From contig NC_087437.1 of the NCBI RefSeq assembly GCF_036321535.1, forward strand, positions 80,974,001 to 81,038,000: 64,000 nt of DNA, given 5' to 3'. This document shows, in pieces, positions 1 to 13,700 of the stretch. The notes under the pieces were generated by a model. The model did not search any database, was not told the DNA's origin, and saw nothing but the letters and a program-made list of their open reading frames with translations. Made by a program: the position numbers and the translations under genes. The stretch comes from Camelus dromedarius (Eukaryota). Position 1 is the first letter of the stretch. Each line of letters starts with the position of its first letter.

Positions 1-210
1 TGTGTGAAATGTCCTTCTGTCTCTCTCTTATGATAATTCCCATGATTGCATTTAGTAGACACCTGGATAATCCAGGCTACTCTCCCCATTGCAAGATCCT
101 TAAATTAATTACATCTGTAAAGATCCTTTCTGCCATATAAGGTAACATTCACAGGTTTCAGTGATTAGGATGTGGCTTTATTTGAAGAAATCATTTTCCA
201 GCCTACCACA
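1..210 (-). mobile_element. MaLR (MLT1-type) LTR fragment, runs off window start
   Basis: Matches recalled MLT1 motifs (ataatccagg..tctcccc..caagatccttaa, aggtaacattcacagg) and ends in ...ctaccaca, the reverse complement of the TGTGG LTR start. Confidence 0.7.
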
Positions 211-431
211 ACCTATAAGTGACACTTGGGAAATTAAAGTGAAAAAGACAAAAATAGTTGTAAACATCATAGATGTCATTGAATCCTAGTTCTGTGCACA
301 AAATTAAAGTTTAATATGATTCTCCTGTTTTAATCATACCAACTGCCTTGCTTTTTTTTTTTTTTTTATAGTTTTGTTCTTAACCATTTGCTGTTTGCCT
401 TCTGTTCCATGCTGCTGATACAGTGCAGAGC

Positions 432-980
432 AGAAGCCAAGACATGGAAACAACCTAAATGTCCATTGACTGGATAAGGTTGTGGTATATTTATACAATG
501 GAATACCACTCAGCCATAAAAAAGAATAAAATAATGCCATTTGCAGCAACATAGTTGGACCTTGAGATTGTCATTCTAAGTAAGTAAGCCAGAAAGAGAA
601 AGCAAAATACTGTATATCACTTAAATGTGGAATCAAAAAAAAAAAAAAAAAGACAAACTTATTTATAAAATAGAACCAGACTCACAGACATAGAGAACAA
701 ACTTGTGGTTACTGTTGGGGAAAGGGGATGGGAAGGGATAAATTGGGAGTTCAAGATTTGCAGATACTAACTAATATATATAAAATAAATAAACAACAAG
801 TTCATACTGTATAGCACAGGGAACTATATTCAATGTCTTGTAGTAACTTATGGTGAAAAAGAATATGAAAACGAATATATGTATGTACATGTATGACTGA
901 AGCATTATGCTGTACACCAGAAATTGACACAACATTGTAAACAGACAATACTTCAATAAAAAATGTATATACAAAAAAAG
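432..980 (+). mobile_element. 5'-truncated L1 3' end (ORF2 C-terminus plus cetartiodactyl-type 3' UTR)
   Basis: aagccaagacatggaaacaacctaaatgtcca ([10 protein letters not shown]), then ttcaataaa and an A-rich tail at ~955-980. Confidence 0.9.
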
Positions 981-1583
981 TTTATCAGTGACTATTGAGC
1001 CTAATCTTGGAGCATTTCTCTTCAGTTTTCATCCTTCACATTTGCTTTGAGGCACGCAGCAGAGCCCACTCATTAATAAACAAAATTCTCTTTAAATGCC
1101 TCTTTAAACACTCACTCATCTACTGGCTCGTCTTCTTCCATCGTAATCATTGCAACCAGTCCGTCTCTCTCCTTTGATGTCTCTTTCCCTCCTAACCCAT
1201 GATATTGAATTCTTTGAGGTTCTGTGCATATCTGTTTGGTTTCTTCCCAGACCCCAGAGTCTTTTTTCTCTCTTGTTAAGGAGACTTGCAAACATTTACC
1301 TTTAAACCTGAATTCTAACCATGTGCTTGTGACAGTCATCTGTTTCCTGCCCTCTTACATATCACGGACACAGAGATATTCTGATGGCATCTCCAATCCA
1401 GCATTTATAAAAACAAAACTCATCTCTCTCACTCTTCTAACCAGTTTTTGTTTTAATTTCCAAGCAGGTCAATGACACCACAATTATGCCAGAAATTTTG
1501 GGGTCATTCCTTAGAAGTAGGCATTGTTACAGCCTTTTGAAAACTGATTTTGGTTTGGTTGTTTTTCCCTCTGTAGTCTACAG

Positions 1584-1759
1584 CAGTGCTACTCAAAGTG
1601 TGGTCCATAGATCAACAGTATTAGCATCGCCTGAAAGCCTATAAGAAATGCAAATTTTTGGTCCAGTCCCAGACCTTCTGAATTATAATCAGTATTTTAA
1701 CTGTGTGTTAGCAAGCTCTCCAGCTGAGTCTAGTGCACAGTGGTGTTCAGTAACCACTG
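1584..1759. mobile_element. MER5A-like hAT-Charlie MITE
   Basis: Termini cagtgctactcaaa / ttcagtaaccactg. 8-bp TSD gtctacag (1576-1583) / gtctagag (1760-1767) fits the hAT NTCTAGAN preference. Confidence 0.85.
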
Positions 1760-4281
1760 GTCTAGAGTTGAGTGTAGACTGGCATCACTCCAGGCTTAGA
1801 TCACTCCACCAGCTTCTTACTAGGTGAGTCTCCCTATTTTCAGTCAAATATTTTATGGAGAATTATTTTCTTTTTAATTCCTATTATTTCTGTCAATCTT
1901 ATTTCATATCTTACAGTGTTATGTATTTGATGTGTCTGAAATATGTGGAAACTGGCCCAGAGGACATGTTCAAGGGGAACAGACATCTAGAATTGATTAA
2001 TGCACTTCCAGGTTTTCATTCCTGTTTTGAGCAACAGGCTGTGGCAGGTTCCCACCCCACCCTTTTCTTTTCTTTTCTTTTTTGTAGTGCTCCCAGCTCA
2101 CTGGACTTAGCTCCTTTTGTAGTAAACTTCAAATCTAAGAAAGCTGGTGACAGGAAAGAGAATAGGAGAAAGGACAGGGAGAGGACTGTCATCCAAACAA
2201 TAAATGTGTTTGCAAATATGAGTAGGAATTTTAGCGTTGAGTGTATTTCTGAGGTTTGTCATGTATTAGTTGTTTTTTTTTTTTTAAGGAAAGTCAATAA
2301 AATTTCCAAGCCTTTAAACCAACCCCTAGCTTTCTTCATGCAGCTAGAATTCATGGCTGTGGCTTATTTGAGATAATCTCTCCTTTCCCATTTTTCAGTG
2401 TTAGTTAAGGCCAAGGACACAAGGAGGAGGTCCTTTTCTTAGATTATTGGCACTTGGAAAGAATTTGGATGGAAGGGAGAAGGTCTTCAAATAACTTAAT
2501 TCCACACTTGGTATCTGCCCCATCACTCCTGAATATACTGATTTAAATAAAATTTAGTACTCCATGAATACCCTTTATTAAAAAAAGGAATTGAACATTT
2601 GTCAGTGTTGAGATACATGCTGGAAACAGAATGCAATGATGCTTGAGAGGGACTCTGTCCTGTTGCTCACAGTTTAAAGTGAGACAGACTAGTAAACAGA
2701 CATTTAAATTTCAGCCCATGTCCATGTAATTGGCCCAAGACCTCTCTGCTTTTACAATGTTAGAGAAGTTCTTAATTCTGCCATACACATATTAGAGGTT
2801 CAGCACTGTGAAGACTGTCCTCTGACTGGCACGTCAACTGTTCGGGGAGAGTTGAGCAATAGGGCAGGAGGGTTTGTGCCGGGAAAATTGCAGAGACAGA
2901 GGTCTGAGATCGTTTTCAGTTATAAACCTTATTGACTTATTGTACGAGAAAAAAAAAATAGGAGTAGGGCTCTTACCAAATCGTGACTATTTAATTCCCC
3001 ATAATTGTAAGTTTAATGATTTCAGCAGTGTGTTCAAGTAAGGGAGTTGAAATGATGGATCAACTCATGAATTCGTAGAATAATTTGAGTCACTCTGAAC
3101 CAAGATAAAATTGTTGAAAGGTGTGCTGAGGTGGCTTACATCTTTGGCTGTTTTAGCTTCAAAAGCTATTTCAACTTGTGAATTTTCTTAGAGTTTTCTT
3201 GATGAATTAGACCGATGATTCATTCTTTTTCAAGAGACCGGTAAACTAATAAAAGTGAAACAAAATCATTTATTCAGAGGTTCCATCCTTTAATGAATGA
3301 AACTGTTGATTGCACATTGTCTATTAAACAACCAATAAGAATTTTATAGCTTGCAATCGAGACAGTATAAAACCATTGAGAACAATAAGGAAACAAAGTT
3401 GAAGACCCATGATCTAAAAAGAGGACCAAATGTTCTTTAAATAGTGCAATAACATTTCCTTCCTTCCTTCCATCCTTATCATTAAAGTGAAGGACCAAGG
3501 ATTATCCTTTACAAATTTCTGAATTTGGTTAAATGTTATTCTACCCTAAATCTTTCTTGGCCACTTATAGGAAAATATGATATAGAACCAATTTTTCTTA
3601 CATTTTGGCACTAATGTGCTTAATTCAAGTGATAGGAATGAGGTCAGATTTTAGATATCATTTCATGCACATATATTAGTTGAATCACATTTTAGTGTAT
3701 CTCCCATTGATTTTAGGTACTACATTTATAAATCAATCTCCAACATTTATAAAAGACCAATAAGTATACAGAACACAATACTAGGGATGGGGTACATGAT
3801 TGGAAAACAGTCTTTCTCCTAAATTCACAATGTTCTTGAGAAATTTAAATTGATGAGTAAAACCATGGAGAATATACATTTCTACCTGAAATAGAAACAT
3901 TCAGTGGGCACTCTGCTAAACAAGTGGAACAATGAACAAAGTTATGCTCAACCATGAAGGCTTGAGAATAAAATCTGTTGCCAGTTTGCTTTGCTGAGTA
4001 TCCACCATCTATCCAACCACACAGGTTGGTAGAGTTCCAGGCTGATGTTTACATAAAGTTGTATTTATATGACATTTAAGAACCATTGGCATGAATCTCT
4101 TTGAAGTTTATTGTAAGCAGCATAAATCAAATAAAATCTTATAAAAAAATTGTGGCAGCTTTCAGCTTCTGCTGGAACATTTCAAAAGCCCCACTTTTTT
4201 GGTCTCAATATAGAACCTCTGGAAATCAGAGGATGGTAAGTAGAGCTACCTGATATCTTAGGGTATCGTTTCATGCTTTTA

Positions 4282-4472
4282 TTTTTATTGAGGTATAGTC
4301 AGTTTACAATGTTGTGTCAGTTTCTGGTGTACAGCACAATGCTTCAGTCATACACAGATATACATATATTCATTTTCATATTCTTTTTCACAAGCTACTA
4401 CAAGATATTGAATATATTTCCCTGTGCTCTACAGTATAAACTTGTTTATTTTATATATCCCAGTCAGTAGTA
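4282..4472 (-). mobile_element. Short L1 3'-end insertion with TSD
   Basis: Reverse complement of the same 3' UTR as ~770-960. TSD tcatgctttta at 4271-4281 and 4473-4483. Confidence 0.85.
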
Positions 4473-4697
4473 TCATGCTTTTAACTCTATTTAATCTCAT
4501 CCTCAACCCCACTTCATAGCAATCATTTGTCTTGTCATATCCTTTCAGAATTTTTTCAAGTACCTTAATCTTTAAAAATATTAGTTTCTGCTAATGTAGT
4601 GTTTTAGAACCTCTCTTAACCTTTGTCCTTTTGTGATAAATCTTATGCTCTTCTTTAATGCCATTTGAAACTCTAAAATAAAATACTATGACAGACA

Positions 4698-5066
4698 TTG
4701 TTAGTAATAACCAAATATTCTTGCACAACTCTACGTTTCCCAGTTTCCTCTGCAGTCCGGGTGAGGCCATGTGATTCCTTCAGGCGAAAGAAACATAAAT
4801 AAAGAGATGGTTTCTGGGCCAGAGTAGTGGAGGACCGACCAATGTGCTTCCATCATCTCTTTCTCTCCTGTATCTGTGTAACTGGAAATGGAGAAATCCA
4901 AGATGCTGGGATTGCAAGATTGAAGAGCCTGGGGCCCTGAGTCACTGTTTGGCCAGCTGGCCTGCACTGCATTGACATGAATGAAAAATAAACCCTTGTG
5001 GTTAAACCACTGAGATTTCAGGTTTTATTTGTTACTGAGGCATAACCAAGAATTACTTAAGTAACA
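4698..5066 (+). mobile_element. MaLR LTR (MLT1J/K-like)
   Basis: gagcctgggg.ccctgagtcactg, aataaacccttgtggttaaaccactgagattt..tttgttactgaggcataacc are typical of an MLT1 3' portion. Confidence 0.7.
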
Positions 5067-6394
5067 TCAGTATCTTGAATAACATATTAATCAGAGAAAT
5101 GGGATAAAAGGCCACTTCACATGCCTCTTTCACAGTCACTGGATTCAAATCAGTGAGTTTCTGAGTGGCACTTCAGGACTACTTCCAAACAATGAAGTAT
5201 TTTCTGCCTGGTGATAAGGATTTAAACTGCCTAAGGAAGCTGGTTCCCACTTATTTTTAAAAAATATATTAGGGTCCCATACTACTGATGACAAAAAAAC
5301 CCCTTCTTATTAAAAATAATTTAAGCTATTGGTTTAAATGACTGAAAGTTACTCTTTCCAAAGCTTTGCTTTTGTATAATTTTTCTTTTTCAATTACAAA
5401 AGCAGCATATACTTATTGAGGGCAAAAAATTTTAATAAATACAAAATAATAAAAAATTCCCCAAATCTCTCATAATCTTATACTCCAAGAGACGAATGCT
5501 AATATTGTTGGGTAACATTTTGTTACAAGCTTTCTGCTTTGTGTACGTAGGTATGTGGTCTTATTTTGAAGACTTGCAGTATTATACTATCTCCTTTTGG
5601 TTTTTCATTTAATTGTACCATAAACTCTTCTCCATGTTATTGAATATTCTTTGTAAATATTATTTAGGGTTTTATTTTGAATTTTAACTAGGAGTTCCAC
5701 GAAATAGATTTCCTTTTGGTTAAGACGGTGGGAATTTTCAATCTGTTTATTTGTAGGATTGGTTCTGATAGCCACATTGAACTTCTGAGAACAAATGTGT
5801 GGAAGTAAGACCCTATGTGCTTGTGTGAGTGTGTGTATGTGTATGTACACACACACACATAATTACACACCAAATAGATTGACTGGTCTGACAATTCTAA
5901 CTATCATCCACTTAGAAAAAGATGACTCTTATTTTAGGTATAGAGGAATTTGAAAAGTAGTTAACTATTATTTCAACTCAAGAAGCATTTATTGAGCATC
6001 AGTTTATGCAAGGTACTGTAAGTTAGACATAAGGAGATGATCACTCCTGCTCTAGTTTAATTCTTAAATAAATAGATTCTTGGCTTCATGTCTATTAGAT
6101 TTGAAGAAACACCAGGCACGAAACTTGGATAAATTACACAAGATGCACTTACCTGGGTGATACAAAACAAAGTTAGTAGAGTCAGGTTACTCAGCAGAGA
6201 CTCACAACTTTCTCCAAAAATAGGCACAAATCTTCTTGTCCCATGACGTTCGGAAGCCCCTGTGAACGCAGAGTTGCAGATGGTAAAGTCTGAGTGTGCA
6301 GAGCTACATTGTACTTTATGGAAGCATCACTCCTCCCCTTGTGTTCTTGCCTTCTTTGTAATGTTGAATTAGGCTACAGACTGTCTCAGCTGGG

Positions 6395-6966
6395 CGAGGC
6401 CAGCTTCAGGGGCGTGTGATACGTGCAGTTAGCTGCTTGGGATCCACACTCAGAGTGGGGTCTGTACTTGGGATTTCATGCTCTATTGGCACCATCTTAA
6501 AATTCTGGATAATTTATCTCTGAGTTTGTGTTTTACAGGAAAGTCTGATGGAACCATGAAACCTGCACTGGGACTTGAAACTTTGGCTCATGTAAAGTCC
6601 CATCTCCTACCACCTCTCTGCCTCCTCAGCTTGGGTTCTCTGCCACCTGTCCCCTTGTCCCCATTTAGTGACTGATGTTGCATTCTGTCCTCGGTGGGGA
6701 CCTTGGCACGGAGAAGGCCAGTTCTGGGCACATGTGCCCCACCCAGTCACAGGGTAGGGACCTAGGCACTGGTTACAATCCACAAGTGTATCTGTGTCCA
6801 AGGGAGAGTAACGTTAAATAGCAAAATAACAACAACAAAAAACCCACCATGACAGGTCAGTTGAGAGACTGCAGAAGGAAAGAAAATGTTTTTACCTTGA
6901 TTTCTGAACAAGGGGCCTCGAATTTTCATTTTGCACTGCGCCCTACAAATTACACTGCTGGTTCTG
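6395..6966 (+). mobile_element. MER45-family hAT-Tip100 non-autonomous transposon
   Basis: 5' end ggccagcttcaggggcgtgtga and 3' end gaacaaggggcc..ttttcattttgcactgcgccctacaaattac..ggttctg match recalled MER45 ends. Degenerate TSD cagctggg/catcttgg. Confidence 0.8.
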
Positions 6967-7479
6967 CATCTTGGTCAGGGGTGGGCCGTCAATTTTGGAG
7001 TTATATAATATTTGATTGCCAGACTAAAGTCTACTCAAGCCATAACAGACATTTCACCCTTTATTTGAAGCACTCTCTTTCCCCTCTTCCAGCCCCAGGC
7101 TAAACAGGCCTGACCCAAAACACTTTCCTGAATTCTAGGAGGCAGAACAAAAATGAGGATCAGTAAATTCATCGAGATGTCTCTGAATGTCATACAAACG
7201 GGCTGTTAGGCTAGGAATAGGACCTATTGGGCATTATCTAAAATATTTGTATGAAAAATCCTGTATTCGTGTCATGACTTCTCCATTGGTCTGAAGTTAA
7301 GATAATATATCCATGAGCGCTCTAACATCTCTGCTTTGTGAACAGTCTTTATGGCTGTAGATGTATAAGAAAAAAATGAACAGAACATATTTTAAGCTAA
7401 AAATTGGGGGAAATCAAGTCTGAATTGGCATGAAAGATTGGCTTCTGAGCCATATACATATTTTAAAGCCAAATCTACC

Positions 7480-8960
7480 ATTTATTCAGGCATCTAGTCA
7501 TTCAAAAAATATTTATTGATTCCCTTGTATATCAAGAGCTCTGCTGGGAGCTGGAGATGGGCTGGCAAGAAAAGAAGATGTGACTCCTGACTTCACGGAG
7601 CTTACAGACCAAAGGGCAGGAAGTGCATTCATAAAATAACTTCATGATCGAATGTGAAATTACAAGCCGAGATAAATGAGTGGAAAGAAAGGAACAGCCT
7701 ATGGGAGCAGATAACAGAGGCACCTACCCTGGTATAAGTCGGGAGAGGCTTTCCTGTCAGGTAGAGGTTAAGCCAAAGCTGAAGACTCTGCAGGTAACCA
7801 GGTGGACATGGTTGGGGAGGGGAAGGCCTGGGTAAAGGCACTGTGGCAGGTGGGGCAAGTAGGACCATTTGAAGAATGAGAATGTCAGCGTGGCAGAGCT
7901 CAGAGAGTGAGAGACTTGTGTGCAATGAGCTGGTGCAGTAGGCAGGGGCAGACCGTGCAGGCCTGGTAGGACATGTCAAGAGTTTTGGTCTGCAACCTGG
8001 GAACAAGGGGAAGACACTGAAGGAGATTTAGCAAGGGCTTGGTAGAACTAGGATTGTGTGCAATATCAGACTTATGCTTTGTATAACATGACTCTCCCTG
8101 CAAATGGGGAAAAATAGTTGGAAAGAAACCCTAGGTGGATGTAGAAAGACCTGTTAGGAGGCTGATGCAGTAAGCAGTAAGAAGAGGGGCATTCATAAAA
8201 TAACTGTGTAATTACAAACTGAGATAAGTACTCTGAAGGAAAGGAAAAGCCTCTAGGAACAGAAAATAAAGGAACCTACCCTAACATAGTTCCGGTGAGA
8301 GACCATGGCAGCCTGGATTAATGGGTAATAGTGGAGAAAGAGTTGTATGGATTCAAGAGACATGTAGAAAGCAAACTCAGTGATGTGTTGAATATAGGAG
8401 CAGGGTGGAGAAGGTGTCAAAGACAATTTTGAGTTTTTTGGCTTGCATACTGTGATAAGACAGTGGGGCCATTCATTGAGATAGGAAACAAAGAATCAGG
8501 TTCAGGGGTAAATATTATGAGATGAATTTTGAGATGCCGCAGTCATTCAAGTGTAAGTGTTGAGGGGTTAGTTGTACATAAGGGTGAAATTTTACAGTAT
8601 TGGGCTTATAGATGGGTGATTGAAACCTGGTAGATAATTATGTTCCTCCAAGGGGAGACAGAAAAGTGCTGTTTCTTGACAACAAAGGGAAGAAAGCATT
8701 TCAAGAATGCAGGACTGATTTAAGGTGTTGAATGTAGCCTTGCAGGTGAAAGAGGAGAGCATCTGAAACATCAGGGTCTTTACTCATATTAGCAAGAGCT
8801 GCTCGGATGGAGTGATGGAGTGGAAGCAAACTGGAAGAGTTGGGGAGTGAGCTGGGAGTAGGAAAATGAGACCACTTCAGCCAGTGTGTGCGGTCATCAT
8901 AGACAGAAGAGAAGACGAGAGCTGGAGGGGGATGTGAATGGCAGGGCTTTAAACTGGTGA
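7480..8960 (-). mobile_element. L2 (LINE2) 3' fragment
   Basis: catttattc..cattcaaaaaatatttattga L2 tail, followed by purine-rich L2 antisense body (ggagcttaca, gccattcattgagatagga). Confidence 0.8.
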
Positions 8961-10464
8961 AACTTTGAGGATGCAAACATAAGGCTTTTGACACGACCGC
9001 TAAGAAACAAAAATATCCATGCTTATAATTTATGCCTAAGGTCCGCTGGTTTCATTTTCAAATGCACCTTTCCTTCGAACCTTCGATTGTAACTTGAGCT
9101 CTTTAGCACAGTAAGCATTCTTTTAATACTAACTCCATGACATTCATGATCACATGCCTTGTCCCTGGAGGTCCAAGGTGAACGCTGCACAAAGTTTCTT
9201 ACAAAAATAAGCAAAATATGAATATTTCCAAATTGTTTTCACAACAGTGTTGTCTGATGCAATTCCCAAAGGTTACATCACTGGGTTTGAAGAAAAATTA
9301 ACTTTAAGCTTTTTGTGATTGCACGTATTTGCTCTTCTAAACCATATGCTTTAAGAGCCAGTCACAATAAATGAGTAAGGTTTTGAATAGAGTTGGCAGA
9401 ACTTTTTTCTTTTTAAGATGTGTTATGCAGTTAAAATCACAAATAGCAGTGCTTTTTTCAACTGTGTTTTCAGATAACTGGTTAGAAACATTGAAGAAAG
9501 CCAGGGATCAGTTTTCAACTTCCACAAGCCTATTTTAAGTACTGTCTGTGAACGCCACAGGCGTTTTTGCATTTCTACTCTTTCGATTATAATCGATGGA
9601 GTCAGGTTTACAATTGTAGACACGTTTTGGTGAACTTTCTCATTCCTTCCACCCCATTATCACTACGGCATTTCTCTCTCCTTTCTTTTATACTTTTACC
9701 AGAGGTGCTCTGAATTTAACTGGGATGCTTCTAACATTTTTTCTTTCATTTCTGTTTTCATCTTCAAACTTTTGTTGATATCAGTTCAATTCTTACATTT
9801 ATGTAAATGCCTCTCAAATTCATATTTTACTACAAATTTTTTTCAGACGCTGTTACTGCTTGTTGTGTTCTTACTGAATCTCCCAGTGTCTTTATCTTCT
9901 TCCCTCAAACCAGTTACCAATTTCCCATCTTGGTTTTCTGTTTCTGTGAGGTCCCTTTCCCGATTACCTGGGCTCAGACAAGGTCAAGGTCAGCCTTCAT
10001 TCCTTTTCCCTTTGCCACCAAACCAATGAGACATAAAGCTCCTAATTAACTCCTTTCAAATAAACTACTTCAAGTACATGGCATCAGAACAGTAGAGAAA
10101 AGCTTCTGAAAAGCAGTAGTTTTCTGTTTACCCCTTCACCGCCTACACTTCCATTATCAGAGGAAATATACTTTGACTATTTTTTATTCTCCTAGTGGTT
10201 ACTTCAAAAACTGTAGGTAACATGCTTATAATTGTATTTTTTAATTGATCTACCAACGTCATGTCTGTTGACTCCCCAACATAAGACATGTCTTTCAATT
10301 TATTACTTCTCTCTTCTGCTGTTTTAACATTTATATTTGTAGTTTCGATTCTCTTATTTTTTTACTTTTGTTATTTTTACCTATGTAAGCATCTATTTCT
10401 TGTCATTCACTTTTGATATTGTTTCTTTGTAAATGTATGTATATAATATATACATATATTATTG

Positions 10465-10488
10465 TATGTGTGTGTGTGTGTGTGTGTG
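10465..10488. repeat. (TG)n microsatellite
   Basis: Read directly from the sequence. Confidence 0.9.
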
Positions 10489-10724
10489 TTTGTGTATCTC
10501 CTCACAGCTGGGGTCCCATTACATTTCTTTCCCCACAGCTGCGATGTTGTTATTCCCAGACCCTGAAGGAACATGTGCTTTGTTTCCAAGTCTATTGACT
10601 TTTATTTTTTGTTTGTTAAGAAGAAATGATTATTAAGAAATTAAAGTAATAGTATACATTATGCTACTACATAATTTATATACTATTATCTAATGGTATA
10701 TATATGTATATTTGAACATTAAGG

Positions 10725-13700
10725 CTTCATTTTTTAGAGCAGTTTGAGGGTCACAGAAAACTTGAGACGGTGTTATGGGTATTTCCCATATACTTTCTGC
10801 CTCCTCACGTGCATAGCCTGCCCTATTATCAGTGCGTCCATCAGAGGGGTACGTTTGTTGTGACTGATGAACCTACAACAACATGTCATTATCAGCCAAA
10901 GACCATACTTTACATTATGGTTCTCTCTTGGTGGTGTACATTCTGTGGGTTTGACCAAATATATAATGACATGTATCCACCATTATAGTATCATACAGGG
11001 TAGTTTCACTGCCATAAAAATTCTCTGTGCTCTGCCTGTTTATTCCACACTCCTCCCTAATCCCTGGCAGCCACTGATCATGTTATTGTCTCAGTAGTTT
11101 TGCCTTTTCCAGAATGTCATGTAGTTGGAATCATACAGTATGTAGCCTTTGCAGATTGGCTTCTTTCATTTAGCAATATGCATTTAAGTTTCCTCCACAC
11201 CTTTACATGGCTTGATAGCTCATTTCTTTTTAGTGGAATAATAACCCATTGTCTGATGTAATGCAGTTTATGTATTATCCATCCATCTACTGAAACACAT
11301 TCTGGTTGCTTCCAGGTTTTGGCAATTATGAATAAAGCAGATATAAACATCCATGTACAGGTTTTTGTGTAGATGTAAGTCTTCAGTTCTTTTGGGTAAA
11401 TACCAAGGAACAAGATTGCTAGATTTTATGGTAAGAATATGTTTAGTTTTGTAAGAAATCACCAAACTGTCTTCCAAAGTGGCTATACCATTTTGCATTC
11501 CCTCCAGCTATGAATGAAGTTCTTGTTGCTCTGTACCCTCCAGCATCTGGTGACATCAAAGTAGTGTCAGTTGGAACTGGCCATTCTGATACGTGTGTAG
11601 GGGTATCTCGTTGTTTTAACTTGCATTTCCTTAATGTCATATGACATGGCTATATTTTCACATGTTTATTTGCAATTTGTATGTCTTCTTTGGTCAGGTG
11701 TCTGCTAAGGTCTTTGGCTCATTTTTAAATTTTTTGTTGCTGTTGTTTACTTATTGTTGGGTTTTAAGGGTTCTTTGTAAATTTTGGATAGCGTTCCTTT
11801 ATCAGACATGTCTTCTGTGACTATTTCTTCCCAGACTGTGCCCTATCTTTCTACTCTTTTGACAGTGTCATCTGCAAAGCAGAAAAATTTAATTTTAATG
11901 AAATTTAGCTTGTCAGTTCTTTCATTGATTATAACTTTAGTGTTGTTTTTAAAATGTCATTGCCATACCCAAAGTCATTTAGGTTTTCTCCTATTTTATT
12001 ATCTAGGAGTTTTATAGTTTTGCATTTTATTTTAGGTCTCTGATCCATCTTGAGATAATTTTTGTGAGTCTAGACATCTGTGTATTTTTTTGCACGTGGA
12101 TGTCCAGTTGTTCCAGTACTATTTGTTGAAAAGACACCTTTTTTCCATTGTATTACCTTTACTCCCTTGTCAAAGATCATTTGGCTATATTTATTGTGGT
12201 CCTAATTCTGGACTCTTTTCTCTTCCATTGATCTGTTTGTCTATTCTTTACCAATACTACATAGTCTTAACTTACTGTAAATTTATAATTAATCTTGAAG
12301 TTGGGTGATGTTAGTACTTCCAGTTTTGTTCTTAAATATTATGTTAGTTATTCTGGGTCTTTTACTTCTCCCTATAAACTTTAGAATAAGTTTGTCAATA
12401 TCCACAAAATAACTTGGTGGGATTTTGATTGGGATTGCATTGAATCCACAGATTAAGTTGGGAAAATGGACGTCTTATCAATATCAAGTCTTCCTATCCA
12501 CAAAAATGGAATATCTCTTCATTTAGTTAGTTCTTCTTTGATTTTGTTCATCAGAGTTTTGTGGTCTTCCTTACAAGATATTGTACATATTTTGCTAGAT
12601 TCCTATCTAAATATTTTATTTCGGGAGTGCTAATGTAGGTGGTATTGTGTTCTTAATTTCAAATTCCATTTATTCATTTCTGGTATATAGAGAGTAATTG
12701 ATTTGTGTATTAATCTTTTATCCTTCAACCTTGCTATTGCTACTTATTAGTTCTCGGAGATTTTTTTGTCAATTCTTTTGGATTTTCTACATAGATTATT
12801 GTCATCTGTCAACAAAGACAGTTTTACTTCTTCCTTCCCAATCTGTATACCTTTTATTTTCTTTTTAAAATTACATTAGTTAGGACTTCCAGTACAATTC
12901 TGAAAAGGAGTGGGAAGAGGGGATATCCTTGCCTTATTCCTGTACTTAATAGGAAAGCTTTGAGTTTCTCAGCACTAAGTATGATGTTAGGTGTAAGTTT
13001 TTTTGTGGCTTTCCTTTATCAAGTTGAGAAAGTTCCCCTCTATTCCTAGTTTATTAAGAATTTTAATCAGAATGAATTTGTTAAATATATGCATTCAATG
13101 CTATACATTTCCCTCTAAGCCTGGCTTTTGCTGCATCCTAGAAATATTGTTAAGTTGTGTTTCATTTTCATTTAGTTCAAAATATTTTTTAAAAATTGTG
13201 GGAGTTCTCCTTTGACCTGTATGTTATTTAGAAGTGTGTTGTTTAATCTCCATGTATTTGGGGATTTTCCACTTATCTTTCTGTTATGGTTTTCTAGTTT
13301 AATTCCATTGCTGTCTGACATTGTGTGAATTTTAGTCTTCTAAATTTGTAAAGGTATGTTTTATGGCTATCTTGTTGTCTATCTTGCTGAATGTTCAGTG
13401 TGAGCTTGAGAAGAATGAGTATTCTGCTACTGTTGGATGAAGCAGTCTGTTGATGTTGATTATGCCTAGCTGATCATTGGGGTTTTGAGTTCACTTACTG
13501 ATTTTCTGCCTGCTGGGTCTATCCTGGAGGGCTGTTGAAATCTCCACCTAGAATAATGAATTCATCTATTTCTCCTTGCAGTTCTATCATGTACTTTGCT
13601 TCATGTACTTTGCCCCTCTTTTGTTAGGTTGATACATGTTACGGAGAATTGGAGAACTTGGAGAATTGACCCCTTTATCATTATGTGTTGCCCTCTTTTT

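Noticed and set aside
1855..2376. 173-aa ORF
   Set aside because: No recognisable domain, passes through T-runs, no coherent splice context.
9474..9606. Possible coding exon after ttttcag in unique sequence
   Set aside because: Stops in all three frames and a weak donor; the region may be conserved non-coding, but I cannot show that here.
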